Source of the DNA: Dehalococcoidia bacterium
Lineage (GTDB): Bacteria > Chloroflexota > Dehalococcoidia > DSTF01 > JACRBR01
Length of the DNA stretch: 64,000 nt
Reading direction: 5' to 3'
Assembly: GCA_021731085.1 (NCBI GenBank)
Contig: JAKFYB010000013.1
Coordinates: forward strand, 88,125-152,124
Within the stretch, counting starts at the first letter, position 1, and each line of letters starts with the position of its first letter. This document shows positions 49,801 to 58,399 of this stretch, piece after piece. The notes below the pieces were generated by a model. That model did not search any database, was not told where the DNA came from, and saw nothing but the letters and a program-made list of their open reading frames with translations. The position numbers were made by a program, and so were the translations under genes.

Positions 49801-49881
49801 CTGCACGGCACGATCGGCATCGAAAGCGCGCCCGGCGCGGGATCCAAGGTGAAGGTGCGCATTCCACTCAACGGTGTTTAG
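43807..49881 (+). CDS. giant sensor histidine kinase: 2 TM + extracytoplasmic sensor, HAMP, PAS, ~9 GAF domains, HisKA_3 + HATPase_c
   Basis: 2024 aa. TM helices near 43840 and 44900. HAMP (GDLSQEIPVRSGDELGTLAASFNGM). PAS (EQYRAVFEASSDGFVI). Iterated GAF modules each ending ..AIENARLF/Y..RTxELS.LLDVS. C-terminal NarL-type kinase core (ERQRLARELHDSVSQAL). Confidence 0.85.
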   Translation: MGLIPDRLGPKLGLFLVGMFAVLGVATAALIIFGFERTRNDATQSSREGLEQEGQRTLLRFTTSQAAYAQSQMEATAGFAEQASSYFTNARANRPADPIPASALSTTAQGVHYDANPDRQSDVVVPPGSELTAAVLADVGSSAVLDDLFPTLLAGFGGQARSSNFEPISIYFQSVNNVARIYPRVPDIEDLPPVGDQLRASTLAVGPDENPQRATLWSPPYADVSGRGTVMSATVPVYDGSTFIGAMGVDFSLARLVAQIEGIKPTTNGFAFYMDEGGSLLPTTAQPRIEAELDDARNTEFAAVIQAVTDGRAEVGRAEVDGRDMFIAHVPLQGVGGTLALAAPVDEVTLQAAAVESTIEDGSRRTLFFALSGIALVFLLTLGVAGLLNRRLVLQPISEIVDGTRALAAGDLSQEIPVRSGDELGTLAASFNGMTGVLRERTDDLREREEQYRAVFEASSDGFVITRIDDGAVVDVNPAMCSMHGYTREEMLRLSPMQFIHEDDHHLFGDYMATVAAGGDYRCRARDVRKDGSLFHVDVMGTPVTYRGTRHILGMVRDITAQVETERILEERVEDRTSELAALLQVSQSVAAALDSKSVASAILTELAKVSDYAGATLAIVEGDDLVIVDSWGPFREEVVGGPTSRVPRSAIPVEFWDAMEQAAPLVVDDVRGDSVLAQTYRRVFRPFLELPSFAYIRSWIAVPLVRQGRIAGMLTASHGQAGHFTEENTRLILAAASQAAVAMENARLFEQTHERTGELQILVDVAQQLSSTIELDPLLAVVLDQVQKVAEYDRVSVLLADEEGTLQVHTTLRRAGDENLGAPPGAKFPRSTGPLFWATFERGQAVVIEDVRADTPLAAEYRSAAAPQTDATLAATRSWMGVPMLANDRLIGILALTSSVVSAYTERQGQLATAIASQAAVAIENARLFSEAEERTRELSTLLDVSRNVASTIELEPLLNLILDQVKVVAPFYRSAFMVLDGDDLEVVAVGTRQGAEDPSYVNQLGVRVQAVGSPIWQRMDAGTPFVIDDIHGDSPEAIGYRMAVGADADTTFANMRGWMGVPIMLKDRAIGMLALGSDQPNFYTEQHARLARAVTDQAAVAIENARLFEQTGHQHRESAALLQISNSLTSTLDLEQLVHVILEQLHSVVEYTGSSVTIVSGGQLEVLASRVLDPPNTPNIRGARFNLDQDSETWRAFRRLETVVISDIYDDTTFAKEYRGTVGRQTLQTPTFGSIRSWMAVPLAIKGEVIGMLSLSRNEIGYFTPEHTRVASAVGKQAALAIENARLYQHAAERTEELSTLLDVSSAVASTIELQPLLDVILEQIHRVASYDGATFFILHGDRLRAESFVTQDDPNIDLTTIGLEIPVAGSQLWDMASHGETMIIDDIYADTPTAAAFRAIAGPALKTRFQRIKSWLGIPLMRGGKPIGLLALSGHTQGVFDVTDARLARAVADRAALAIENARLFTEASDRTRELSALLDISKGIASTLDRGPLVGAILDQLKELVDNNGASIMLRNGDVLEIVDYDRSVPRNAASVQIPASFPIANMAPLWASMLAGDSVTVRDMQANDGARDVFRQAVGESLLTGALSHVRAMLAVPLIVHDDVIGTLTISNQVPGFFTEEHARVARAVADQAALALENARLYEETSRRARETEALLRADAELFRSLSLDDVFQALCDVAVDVLGVSKCMVTTIHDTTGRYTTRASRGVSQTALAQMARVRDRQPRVVLGSMTTPIVTPDARAALPEMAGIFEMEGIISTMDVPIRIEGQVRGDFALAYTRRHQPGADEQRLFQALADRAAIAIQNAELYERSQQVASLEERQRLARELHDSVSQALYGIALGARTARTQLDRDPVKAVEPVEYVLQLAEAGLAEMRALIFELRPESLQTEGLVAAIEKHVASTKARYGLEVNAQLGVEPDVRLDVKEALYRVTQEALHNIVKHAQARHVDVRLATAHGDITLEVSDDGRGFDPQGSYPGHVGLHSMRERVEKLHGTIGIESAPGAGSKVKVRIPLNGV

Positions 49882-49884
49882 CGG

Positions 49885-52200
49885 CTAGAGACCGAACATC
49901 CAGAGCGCGCGAGACAGCGCCGCGCCGCGTGTGTGGTCGAACCAGAGGCGTGGCGGCGTCATCGCGATGCGTGCGCGCCACGTTGACACCAGACTGCTCA
50001 GAAGTGAAGGAACGGCGACAGACGCTGGGCGCTCTGGCGCAGCCACCGGCGGAAGGCCGACCACGGGAGGCGCCGTATCAAGCGCGGGGTCCGGTTCGGC
50101 ACGCACATCGCCTGACGGTACCCCACCGTGTGAGGATGATTTGTTATCGACGGGTGGACCCGGGATGACGGCGACGGGTGGATCTTCTGGTGAAGCTCCG
50201 ACTTCGGGCCTGAACGTCGCTACATACACCGTGCTTGAGGTTGGCGTCGTGATCGTGTGCGTTTGGGCGCCGCCGTCAGACCACGACTGGAACGTCCACG
50301 GAACGAACGCGTAGGTCTGTGGTGAGGACGTCCCGATACTGCGCTGCATGCCATGCACGCTGCTAAAGGTGTACGGCGACGTAAACGGCTGGCCATCGAC
50401 CGTCATCTGCAGGCCACCTCGGTTCGCGCCGACGGTGATCTGCGACACGCGCGGGACAATGTCGCGCTGCATAACGTGCGTCATGTTGCCCGAGTCGCGA
50501 ACCGTGAGATAGATGCGGTACGAGACGTTCGTCGCCGTCTCGCCCGATGTTGGTATGACGAAGGAACCTGTTTTGGAGCCAGTCGTTGCGGCGACGAACG
50601 GATGCGTGTGCGAGGCGTGATGGAAGTCGACCTGCCAGGTGAACGCCGACGCAGGCAGCGTTCCATCCTGCGTGTCGGTACCGGTGCCTGAGAAGTTGAT
50701 CGTCGTACCGGCAGCGTACGTCGTGCCAGCCGTCGGCGCCGTGATTGATGCTACTGGAGCCGTGTTCGCGGTGACGGTCAGTGTCGCGGAGTTGCTGGTC
50801 GCCGTGCCAAAGCTATTCGTCGCGCGACAACGGAAGGTCGCGCCGTTGTCGCCTGTGGTTGTGGCAGAAATCGTATACGTGGTCGACGTCGCGCCGGTGA
50901 TGTTCGAGCCATTGCGCTGCCACTGATACGCAATGGTCGCGGCGCCGCTCGCTGCGCACGAGAATGACGCCGGTTGTCCGGCAGTGACGGTCGTGCTCGC
51001 CGGATGCTGCGTGATCGTAGGCGCCTGGCTGGCGGTGTAGTAGATACGACGAACGCCACCGCCCGACCGATAGAGGTAATACAGACTGCCGTCGCTCGAC
51101 ACCTGAAGATCGACGGGGGATCCGGCGTCTGTTGCGAAGCCGGCCGCCGTGTTCGTAGCCGGGTCGTACGTACGTATCCACGACGAGCAGTAGTCGGCGA
51201 AGAAGTACTTGCCGGTGTAGGTCGCAGGAAACTGCGCCGTCGGTGGATTGTAGAACGCGCCACCGGTGATCGCGCACCCGTTGACGGTGCCGCTGTGGCC
51301 GTAGACGTGCAGCGGACCGCGGAACTCCGGATCAGACGTCGCTCCTTCGGTGTCGGGCCAGCCGTAGTTAGATCCTGCGAGACCGTCGTTGATCTCTTCC
51401 CAGGCGCTCTGGCCGACGTCGTTGATGAACATGCGGCCCGTTCCCGGCTGGAACGCGAACGTAAACGGGTTGCGGAGGCCATACGCCCAGATCATGCGGT
51501 CGTTGCCGCTCAGGTCGCCGTAGTACGGATTGTCGGTTGGGATGGTGCCGTCCTTGTTGAGACGCAGCATCTTGCCATGCAGCGTGTCGAGCGCCTGGGC
51601 GTTCGCACCGTTAGCATTGTCACCGACAGCGACGTAGAGCTTGCCATCGGAGCCAAAGTGAATGGCGCCGCCGTTGTGGTTCGTCGCGCCGCTGAGCGTA
51701 TCGAGATTCAGGATCTGCACTTCCGAGCCACCAACAGCCACGTCTCCGTTCGCGGTGAATCGACTGATCCTGTTGCGCAGCGGCGCTCCTGACGTCGTGT
51801 AGTACAGGTAGACGTAGTTGTTCGACGCAAAACTTGGGTCGAACGCGATTCCGAGCAGGCCGCGCTCGCCAGACGAGTTCACGGACAGCGTCACAAACGG
51901 CGTAGCGAGCAGTGCGCCATTCTTGATCACACGCAGCGCACCTGTCTGCTCTGCGACAAACAGCCGGCCATCCGGCGCGAAGGCCATTGCCGTCGGGCTC
52001 GACATGCCAGATGCGATCGTCTGCTCAGCGAAGCCTGAGGGAAGCGTGGCCGCGATGCCGATGACGCCTTCGTCGGTATCCGGCTCACCGGCCGCGGTGC
52101 GGGAGGTGCTTGCCGAAAGGAGAACCAGGACGGTCATCGCAAGGATGCCGATGCGCAGTGTGTGTCGGCGAAGCGACTCTGCGGCTCGCGTCTGCGCCAT
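49885..52200 (-). CDS. secreted PQQ-dependent sugar dehydrogenase-like beta-propeller protein with Ig-like/PKD-like C-terminal domains
   Basis: GLLGIAFDP, YVYLYYT, HNGGAIHFGSDGKLYVAVGD, GLRNPF motifs of the soluble aldose dehydrogenase (YliI/SGDH) family. Ig-like module (TITQHPASTTVTAGQPASFSC..YQWQRNG). Start ATG 52200 with GGGGGAG RBS, then a signal peptide. Confidence 0.7.
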   Translation of the reverse strand: MAQTRAAESLRRHTLRIGILAMTVLVLLSASTSRTAAGEPDTDEGVIGIAATLPSGFAEQTIASGMSSPTAMAFAPDGRLFVAEQTGALRVIKNGALLATPFVTLSVNSSGERGLLGIAFDPSFASNNYVYLYYTTSGAPLRNRISRFTANGDVAVGGSEVQILNLDTLSGATNHNGGAIHFGSDGKLYVAVGDNANGANAQALDTLHGKMLRLNKDGTIPTDNPYYGDLSGNDRMIWAYGLRNPFTFAFQPGTGRMFINDVGQSAWEEINDGLAGSNYGWPDTEGATSDPEFRGPLHVYGHSGTVNGCAITGGAFYNPPTAQFPATYTGKYFFADYCSSWIRTYDPATNTAAGFATDAGSPVDLQVSSDGSLYYLYRSGGGVRRIYYTASQAPTITQHPASTTVTAGQPASFSCAASGAATIAYQWQRNGSNITGATSTTYTISATTTGDNGATFRCRATNSFGTATSNSATLTVTANTAPVASITAPTAGTTYAAGTTINFSGTGTDTQDGTLPASAFTWQVDFHHASHTHPFVAATTGSKTGSFVIPTSGETATNVSYRIYLTVRDSGNMTHVMQRDIVPRVSQITVGANRGGLQMTVDGQPFTSPYTFSSVHGMQRSIGTSSPQTYAFVPWTFQSWSDGGAQTHTITTPTSSTVYVATFRPEVGASPEDPPVAVIPGPPVDNKSSSHGGVPSGDVRAEPDPALDTAPPVVGLPPVAAPERPASVAVPSLLSSLVSTWRARIAMTPPRLWFDHTRGAALSRALWMFGL

Positions 52201-52404
52201 ACTCCCCCATCCGACGATCCGCCCACGCCGTGTGCGCGAGCCGAAAGACGAGCAACTCATCCGGATGCCCCAAAACCCTCCTCTAGCTATCGGCCGTGCG
52301 TGTCTCTTCCGTAGACTGGCAGGACGGGAGCAGTTGCCGCCAACTACGCTCAGATTCGTGCGCAGAATCCCTGATTTCAGATTTGCAGGCAGAGGAGTAG
52401 GATC

Positions 52405-52767
52405 ATGTCCGGCTTCGACCCGAACTCGAACCACTGCTACATCACCACGATCGGGCGCATCACCGGAAAACCGCACACCGTCGAAATCTGGTTCGCGGCG
52501 GTCGATGACACGCTGTATGTGCTCGCAGGCAGCGGTGAACGCGCAGACTTCGTGCGCAATGCTCGCAAGACGCCCGAAGTGACCGTCCGTGTTGGTGAGA
52601 GGGCAGCCATGGAGCGCAACGCAACTGCCCGCGTCGTCACCAAGCAGACGGAAGAAGCCCTCGCTCGTCGGTTATTGCTGGCGAAGTACGCCTCACACAG
52701 CGATCTGGATGAGTGGGGGAGGACGGCGCTGCCCGTTGCATTCGATCTTGCGAACGCGCATCTGTGA
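52405..52767 (+). CDS. deazaflavin (F420H2)-dependent nitroreductase-family protein (DUF385)
   Basis: 120 aa; ..ITTIGRITGKPHTVEIWF.. split-barrel; GAGGAG RBS. Confidence 0.55.
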   Translation: MSGFDPNSNHCYITTIGRITGKPHTVEIWFAAVDDTLYVLAGSGERADFVRNARKTPEVTVRVGERAAMERNATARVVTKQTEEALARRLLLAKYASHSDLDEWGRTALPVAFDLANAHL

Positions 52768-52792
52768 GGGCATCGTCGCCACGAGCAACCTT

Positions 52793-53701
52793 TTAGGCGA
52801 GCGGCGGGAAGTACTCTGCCGTCTGCAGTCGATCACCGTCAAATGTGAGGGCCCAAAGGCTGCCCTTCTTGCACGAGCGCGCGGTGGGGAGTTCCAGGCC
52901 GTCCTGCGTCGCGAGGGCCGTCAGCACCTCGGGAATCACGCCTCCCTGGCTGCACAGCACGGATGCCGCATCATCATGCGCAGAGGCCCTAATCCAATCG
53001 AGCGCTCTTTTTCGGCGCGACGGGAACGTCTCCTCGGAAATCAGCGGTTGATCCTGCACGGACAGGCCGACGGCAGCGGCGAGTGGCTCGACACTTGCAC
53101 GACACCTCGCAATAGGCGAACTGTAGATCTCCCGCACGTCCCAGCGCGTCAGGAGACGGATGAGTTCATCGGCCTGCACAACGCCGACCTCGTCTAACGG
53201 GCGCTCGGCATCGGTGCCGCTCCAGTCCGATCGGCTGCCGGCGGATGCATGGCGAAGCAGAAGGATCGTGCGGAGTTTGGTTGGAGTCATTGCGAACCGC
53301 TGGAGCAACTCGCGGTCGCGCTCGGTCGTGACGAGCGCCTCGGCTTCGTCGACCGGAAGCCACTTCAATTCATCGACTTCGCGGCCTGGCGTAAAGACGC
53401 CGCCTTCCGCACGCATTGACCAGTACCGGACGAACTTCGGACGACCCTCTTTCAGGTACGTCACCTCGCCCAGCGGGCTAACGATTATTGGACGGTATCC
53501 GGTCTCTTCAAGTACCTCGCGGACGGCACCCTCGATCTCGATCTCGCCGCTGTTGAGCTTGCCTTTCGGAATGCTCCAGTCGTCGTAGCGGGGGCGGTGG
53601 ATCACGGCGACTTCGATCGAGTCGCCCTTCGAGCCGGCGGTTGAGCGCCAGAGGATGCCACCTGCGGCGCGAATGGGATTTACGGAGACACCCTGAACCA
53701 C
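52793..53701 (-). CDS. NUDIX hydrolase fused to histidine-phosphatase (SixA-like) domain
   Basis: Nudix box GKLNSGEIEIEGAVREVLEETGY, then LLLRHASAG (RHG) phosphatase motif. Confidence 0.7.
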   Translation of the reverse strand: MVQGVSVNPIRAAGGILWRSTAGSKGDSIEVAVIHRPRYDDWSIPKGKLNSGEIEIEGAVREVLEETGYRPIIVSPLGEVTYLKEGRPKFVRYWSMRAEGGVFTPGREVDELKWLPVDEAEALVTTERDRELLQRFAMTPTKLRTILLLRHASAGSRSDWSGTDAERPLDEVGVVQADELIRLLTRWDVREIYSSPIARCRASVEPLAAAVGLSVQDQPLISEETFPSRRKRALDWIRASAHDDAASVLCSQGGVIPEVLTALATQDGLELPTARSCKKGSLWALTFDGDRLQTAEYFPPLA

Positions 53702-53837
53702 GTTGTAGAGTAGCCTTTCCCTGCCTTGTTACTGGCATCGCAGGATCCTGCACCTGCATTCGCCAAAGCGCAGCAGGCCTCGACACATTCTGCATGCAGA
53801 TCACTCTGGTGGCAAAGTCGCTGTCGATCGTTGAGCG

Positions 53838-55916
53838 CTAACTTTTCATAGCGAGTTGCATCAGCTGCAATTGAAGCGACATCGCTTCCTCTCCCTCCGC
53901 TGGCACGAGACGCGCCCACTCGCCCTCCGCCAGGAGCTCCCACGAATTGCTGCTGTCTACGAGGGCAGTGTCGAGGATATCCATGATTCGCCGCTTGAGG
54001 CGCTTCGAGTCAATCCTCACCAGTGTTTCGACGCGCCGATCGAGATTTCGATGCATCATGTCGGCGCTGCCGATGAACACCTCGCTCTTTCCAGCATTCT
54101 CGAAGAAGTACATGCGCGAGTGCTCAAGGAAGCGGCCGACGATGCTTTGCACGCGTATGTTGGAGCTGAGACCATCGACCATCGGACGCAAAGTGCAGAT
54201 TCCACGCGCAATGATGTCGACCTGAACACCTGCAGTCGACGCGGCATACAAGGCTTCGATTATCTGCTCGTCGACCAACGAGTTCAGCTTCATGATGATT
54301 CGCCCGCCCTTGCCTTCGCGGGCGTGCTGAGCTTCGCGGTCGATGAGCTTGATCATGCGCTCGCGAAGTTCATGCGGCGCTACGAGAATCGAGTCATAGC
54401 TGGCGCGGCGCGAGTATCCCGTCAAATAGTTGAACAGGTCGCCCACGTCGTGGCCCAGCTGCTTGTTCGCCGTGAGCAGGCCGATGTCCTCGTACCCACG
54501 CGCCGTCGTCGGATTGTAGTTGCCGGTGCCGATGTGCACGTAACGCCGAAGGCCTGAACGCTCCTGTCGCACAACCATGCTCAATTTGCAATGCGTCTTC
54601 AGGCCCACCAGTCCATACACGACGTGACAGCCAGCACGCTCGAGAGTTCGCGCCCAGTTGATGTTGGCGACCTCATCAAAGCGCGCCTTGATCTCGACGA
54701 GCACGACAACTTGCTTGCCCGATTCGGCCGCCTCGATTAGCGCCTCGACGATCGGACTGTCGCCTGATGTGCGGTAGAGCGTCTGCTTGATGGCAAGCAC
54801 CGTCGGATCGGCAGCAGCTTGCTCGATGAACGCCTGCACACTCGTCACGAACGACTCGTACGGATGATGGACAAGAACGTCGCGTTTGCGAATAGCTGCG
54901 AAGACATCCGGCGCGTCATCGTCCAGGACGCGAAGGTCGCTGTGCGTAACGGGCCGAAACGCGCGGAACTTCAAATCCGCGCGCGCGGTGTCGTACAGGC
55001 TCCAGAGAAACGTCACGTCCAGCGGACCAGGCAGAATGAACGCATCATCCTCCGAAAGCTGCAGCTCGCGAATCAGCATCGCCCGGACTTGCGCCGGCAT
55101 CCCTTCTTCGACTTCGAGACGGACTGCCTTGCTGATGCGTCGGCGCGTCAATTCCGATTCAAGCGCACTGAGGAGGTCCTCGGCACGGTCATCGTCCACT
55201 TCGAGTTCTGCATCACGCGTCACGCGAAATGCGTGACTCTCGACGACCTTCATGCCATGAAACAGGTCGTTCAGGTTCGCGCCGATAACATCCTCCAGCG
55301 GCACGTGACAACCGTCCCCGAGGGCGAAGAGACGCGGGAGGATCGGCGGGACCTTGATGCGTGCGAAGTGCGTCTTGTCCTCATCGCGCACAAACACAGC
55401 GAGGTTGAGCGAGCGGTTCGAGATGTATGGAAAAGGGTGGCCGGGATCAACGGCCAACGGCGTGAGGATCGGGAAGACGTGGTCGCGAAACGTCTCGCGC
55501 ATTCTCTTTCGTTGATCGCGATCCAGATCCGCCCACCTGAGAATCTTGATTCCCTCAGCGTGCAACTCGGGCGTGACATCTTCGGCGAACGTCTGGCTGA
55601 GACGCGTCATCTGCTCTGTGACTTGCGACGAGATCAATGAGAGCTGGGCGTCGGGCGTAAGGCCGTCAGCCGATAGCTCCTGCAGGCCGGCGGCCTGCTG
55701 ACGCTTCAAGCCAGCGACGCGAACCATATAGAACTCATCGAGATTGCCCGCAACGATCGCGAGAAAGCGCGCGCGCTCTAGTAGGGGTGTGGCTGGATCC
55801 TCCGCCAGTTGCAGGACGCGATCATTGAACTGAAGGTATGACACTTCGCGGTTCAAGTAGCGGGATTCGGCGTTCGAATCCGCGTGGACGACATGTTCTT
55901 GTATCGAGACCACCAT
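53838..55916 (-). CDS. ppk: polyphosphate kinase 1
   Basis: N-terminal RYLNREVSYLQFNDRVL, two PLD-like HKD regions; 692 aa. Confidence 0.9.
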   Translation of the reverse strand: MVVSIQEHVVHADSNAESRYLNREVSYLQFNDRVLQLAEDPATPLLERARFLAIVAGNLDEFYMVRVAGLKRQQAAGLQELSADGLTPDAQLSLISSQVTEQMTRLSQTFAEDVTPELHAEGIKILRWADLDRDQRKRMRETFRDHVFPILTPLAVDPGHPFPYISNRSLNLAVFVRDEDKTHFARIKVPPILPRLFALGDGCHVPLEDVIGANLNDLFHGMKVVESHAFRVTRDAELEVDDDRAEDLLSALESELTRRRISKAVRLEVEEGMPAQVRAMLIRELQLSEDDAFILPGPLDVTFLWSLYDTARADLKFRAFRPVTHSDLRVLDDDAPDVFAAIRKRDVLVHHPYESFVTSVQAFIEQAAADPTVLAIKQTLYRTSGDSPIVEALIEAAESGKQVVVLVEIKARFDEVANINWARTLERAGCHVVYGLVGLKTHCKLSMVVRQERSGLRRYVHIGTGNYNPTTARGYEDIGLLTANKQLGHDVGDLFNYLTGYSRRASYDSILVAPHELRERMIKLIDREAQHAREGKGGRIIMKLNSLVDEQIIEALYAASTAGVQVDIIARGICTLRPMVDGLSSNIRVQSIVGRFLEHSRMYFFENAGKSEVFIGSADMMHRNLDRRVETLVRIDSKRLKRRIMDILDTALVDSSNSWELLAEGEWARLVPAEGEEAMSLQLQLMQLAMKS

Positions 55917-56201
55917 CGGTCTAGCTTACTCCCTGCCTGCCGGCCGGATCGGCACGAATGAAGACCCGAACGCCAGCAGGATCCGCGGCTCCGCACCCAG
56001 AGGCGACGCGGTCTTACACTCAGACTATCGGAGGCTGGGTCTCCACACTGCAGGCCACTGTTCACAAGCAATCGCGCGTTGATCAGCGTCGAGCTTCGGG
56101 AAGCGGTCGACGTACGTGGATCCCAGACACAGGAAGGTGCCAGCGAAGCCGGCTGGGCCTAATCCACAGCCACGACAAATCTGCTTGTTGGCCACGTTGC
56201 C

Positions 56202-56570
56202 TCAGGCAAGCACCTGCAGATAGCCACGGTCACCATCAACAGAGACCTGTTGGCCGTCGCGGATCAAGGCGGTGGCGCCGGACGCTATCACCACCGGGAT
56301 CCCATACTCCCTTGCGAGCGTCGCCGCGTTCGAAAGCGCGCCACCGGATTCCAGTACCAGCGCACCAGCGTTCGCCAATAGCTGTGAAAGTCTCGGCTGT
56401 GGCAGGCGGCAAATCAACACATCGCCCGGCTGCACTAGCTCCAGCGGATGCATCGCGGAGATCACCCGCGCAGAACCAACCACGCATCCTCGCGACCCCG
56501 GAGTCCCCTGGATCACGGGACTCGCGTGCGCGTTCACGATTGCAACATCCGACGCTGGAGCTCGCATCAA
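56202..56570 (-). CDS. PEP-utilising-enzyme mobile-domain protein (stand-alone, degenerate)
   Basis: Matches the PEP-utilizers swivel domain (..VLESGGALSNAATLAREYGIPVV..), but the phospho-His position reads Asn. Confidence 0.45.
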   Translation of the reverse strand: MMRAPASDVAIVNAHASPVIQGTPGSRGCVVGSARVISAMHPLELVQPGDVLICRLPQPRLSQLLANAGALVLESGGALSNAATLAREYGIPVVIASGATALIRDGQQVSVDGDRGYLQVLA

Positions 56571-56611
56571 GCAGAAGCTACAGCCGCGAGATTAACGCTA
56601 CGTCATCCGAG

Positions 56612-56628
56612 GTTAACGCGCGGTTAAC
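56612..56628. promoter_or_regulatory. palindromic operator-like site GTTAACGCGCGGTTAAC
   Basis: Near-perfect palindrome in the 225-bp intergenic region. An extra half-site TTAACGC lies at 56592. Confidence 0.4.
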
Positions 56629-56689
56629 GGGCCTTAGGGTGGTCTTCTCAATCGACCAATTGTTACATGGACATCGGCACCAAGGCCTC

Positions 56690-56705
56690 GTTAACGCGCG
56701 TTAAC
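56690..56705. promoter_or_regulatory. perfect 16-bp palindrome GTTAACGCGCGTTAAC
   Basis: Second copy ~78 bp from the first, upstream of the PEP-utiliser gene and downstream of the LuxR-HTH gene. Confidence 0.4.
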
Positions 56706-56795
56706 CAAGCGTAAACCGACCCCGCTTACGATCACAGACGTTGGAACCACAGTGCTCTAGGTGGCGGAAACTACGCAGTTCAGCCGAGGCGGTCA

Positions 56796-57137
56796 TCAAT
56801 CCGCGCGTAGCAGGCCACGTCCAACGCCTTCGAGGTCGCCACGGTTGTGCGCACCAATCTTGCGGTAGATGTTGCTGATGTGGCGCTCAACCGTCCGTTC
56901 GCTGAGAGCGAGGCGCATGCCGATCTCGCAGCAGCTGCTAACTGCCACTAGCAGCAGCCGAAGAATCTCCATCTCCCGCGGCGTTAAGTCCGAGTCGACA
57001 TGGGCTGCGTCGCTCGGCAGTATCGAGCCAATGATTGAGTCGTTCGTTCCACGCAGAGAAGTGTCATGTCCCGCGGCGAGAAGGCAGGCCAGCGCGTCAA
57101 GTCGGAGCTGTGGCAGCCACCGTATTGAGCGGCGCAC
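56796..57137 (-). CDS. small LuxR-type HTH DNA-binding protein
   Basis: C-terminal LTPREMEILRLL..ERTVERHISNIYRKIG; N-terminal part unrelated to receivers. Confidence 0.45.
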   Translation of the reverse strand: MRRSIRWLPQLRLDALACLLAAGHDTSLRGTNDSIIGSILPSDAAHVDSDLTPREMEILRLLLVAVSSCCEIGMRLALSERTVERHISNIYRKIGAHNRGDLEGVGRGLLRAD

Positions 57138-57244
57138 CAGTCAAAATGAGTGGCACCCAGGTTAGTGAGGTTGACCGTGAGCGAGCACTCCACAGGGGGT
57201 GTGAACGGCTCTTCACAGATCGAGAACGTGCGTCTAAGTGAAAA

Positions 57245-57321
57245 ATGGTCGGGGCGACAGGATTCGAACCTGCGACCTCCTGACCCCCAGTCAGGTGCGC
57301 TACCGGGCTGCGCCACACCCC
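57245..57321 (-). tRNA. tRNA-Pro (anticodon GGG)
   Basis: 77-nt cloverleaf on the minus strand: acceptor CGGGGTG/CGCCCCG, T-loop TTCGAAT, anticodon stem CCTGA/TCAGG with loop CTGGGGG (U33, GGG, G37), encoded CCA. Confidence 0.85.
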
Positions 57322-57322
57322 G
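57283..57322. repeat. attL-side 40-bp direct repeat (tRNA-Pro 5' half through anticodon loop)
   Basis: cccccagtcaggtgcgctaccgggctgcgccacaccccga, identical to 63890..63929. Confidence 0.9.
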
Positions 57323-57430
57323 ACTCTTGAATCTGGAAACAGCACCTGACCTGAAATCTCTTGTAGCATAGAGCTCGAATCCCATATAACTTCTTGGTTC
57401 CCCTGGGGGTGAAACCGGAAGGATTCGACC

Positions 57431-58372
57431 ATGCCACGCACTGTCTCCGAGCCCATTACAACACAGGGCGATATCCACGACAACATCGTTTCCTTCCGAC
57501 GTCACCTTCGGGCACGTGCCAGATCACCGCGCACCATCGAGACATACATGGAAGCATGCAACCAGCTGGCGCGATTTCTCTCTGAGCACGGCATGCCTAC
57601 GGACGTTGCAAAGATTCATCGCGAGCACGTCGAGGCGTACATCATAGAGCTCGTAGAGAAGTGGAAACCGGCGACCGCGAACAATCGGTTTAAGAGCTTG
57701 CAGGCCTTCTTCAAGTGGCTCGCCGAGGATGGCGAAATCAAGTCATCGCCCATGGAGAAGATGAAGCCGCCGAAGAACGAACCACAGCCGGTGCCGGTAT
57801 TCACCGACGGCCAGCTAATGGCACTGCTCGCGACCGCCGAGAAGCCTGACACCTTCGAAAACCGGCGCGACCTGGCGATACTCCGCGTATTCATTGATAC
57901 CGGCGCTCGCCGCGCCGAGGTCGTGGGCCTGCGCTACACGGCAGATGAAGACAACGACATCGACCTAGAGAATGGGTTGCTGCGCGTGATGGGCAAAGGT
58001 GGGCGCGGGCGCGTGGTTCCGATTGGGAACAAGACAGTCAAGGCGCTCGACCGCTACCTTCGGAAGCGCAAGCAGCATCCAGCACACTCCCTGCAGAACC
58101 TTTGGCTCGGTCGTAAGGGGCCGTTCGCCGAGAGCGGCGTTGCACAAATGATCAAAGATCGGGGCCGTCGCGCTGGCCTTGGTGAGATACATCCGCACCA
58201 GCTGCGGCATACGTTCGCCCATAGCTGGCTGTCAAATGGCGGGCTAGAGGGTGACTTGATGCGCTTGGCTGGGTGGCGGTCTCGATCTATGCTCGATCGA
58301 TACGCAGCTACAACAGCTTCCAAGCGAGCTCAAGACGCCCACCGCAAACTGTCGCCTGGAGACAGAATCTAA
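57431..58372 (+). CDS. int: tyrosine-type site-specific integrase
   Basis: N-terminal SAM-like domain. Catalytic [22 protein letters not shown] (R-H-R-Y). Adjacent to the tRNA; GGAAGGA RBS. Confidence 0.9.
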   Translation: MPRTVSEPITTQGDIHDNIVSFRRHLRARARSPRTIETYMEACNQLARFLSEHGMPTDVAKIHREHVEAYIIELVEKWKPATANNRFKSLQAFFKWLAEDGEIKSSPMEKMKPPKNEPQPVPVFTDGQLMALLATAEKPDTFENRRDLAILRVFIDTGARRAEVVGLRYTADEDNDIDLENGLLRVMGKGGRGRVVPIGNKTVKALDRYLRKRKQHPAHSLQNLWLGRKGPFAESGVAQMIKDRGRRAGLGEIHPHQLRHTFAHSWLSNGGLEGDLMRLAGWRSRSMLDRYAATTASKRAQDAHRKLSPGDRI

Positions 58373-58399
58373 TCTCACAGCGCCATACGCTAGGGACCC

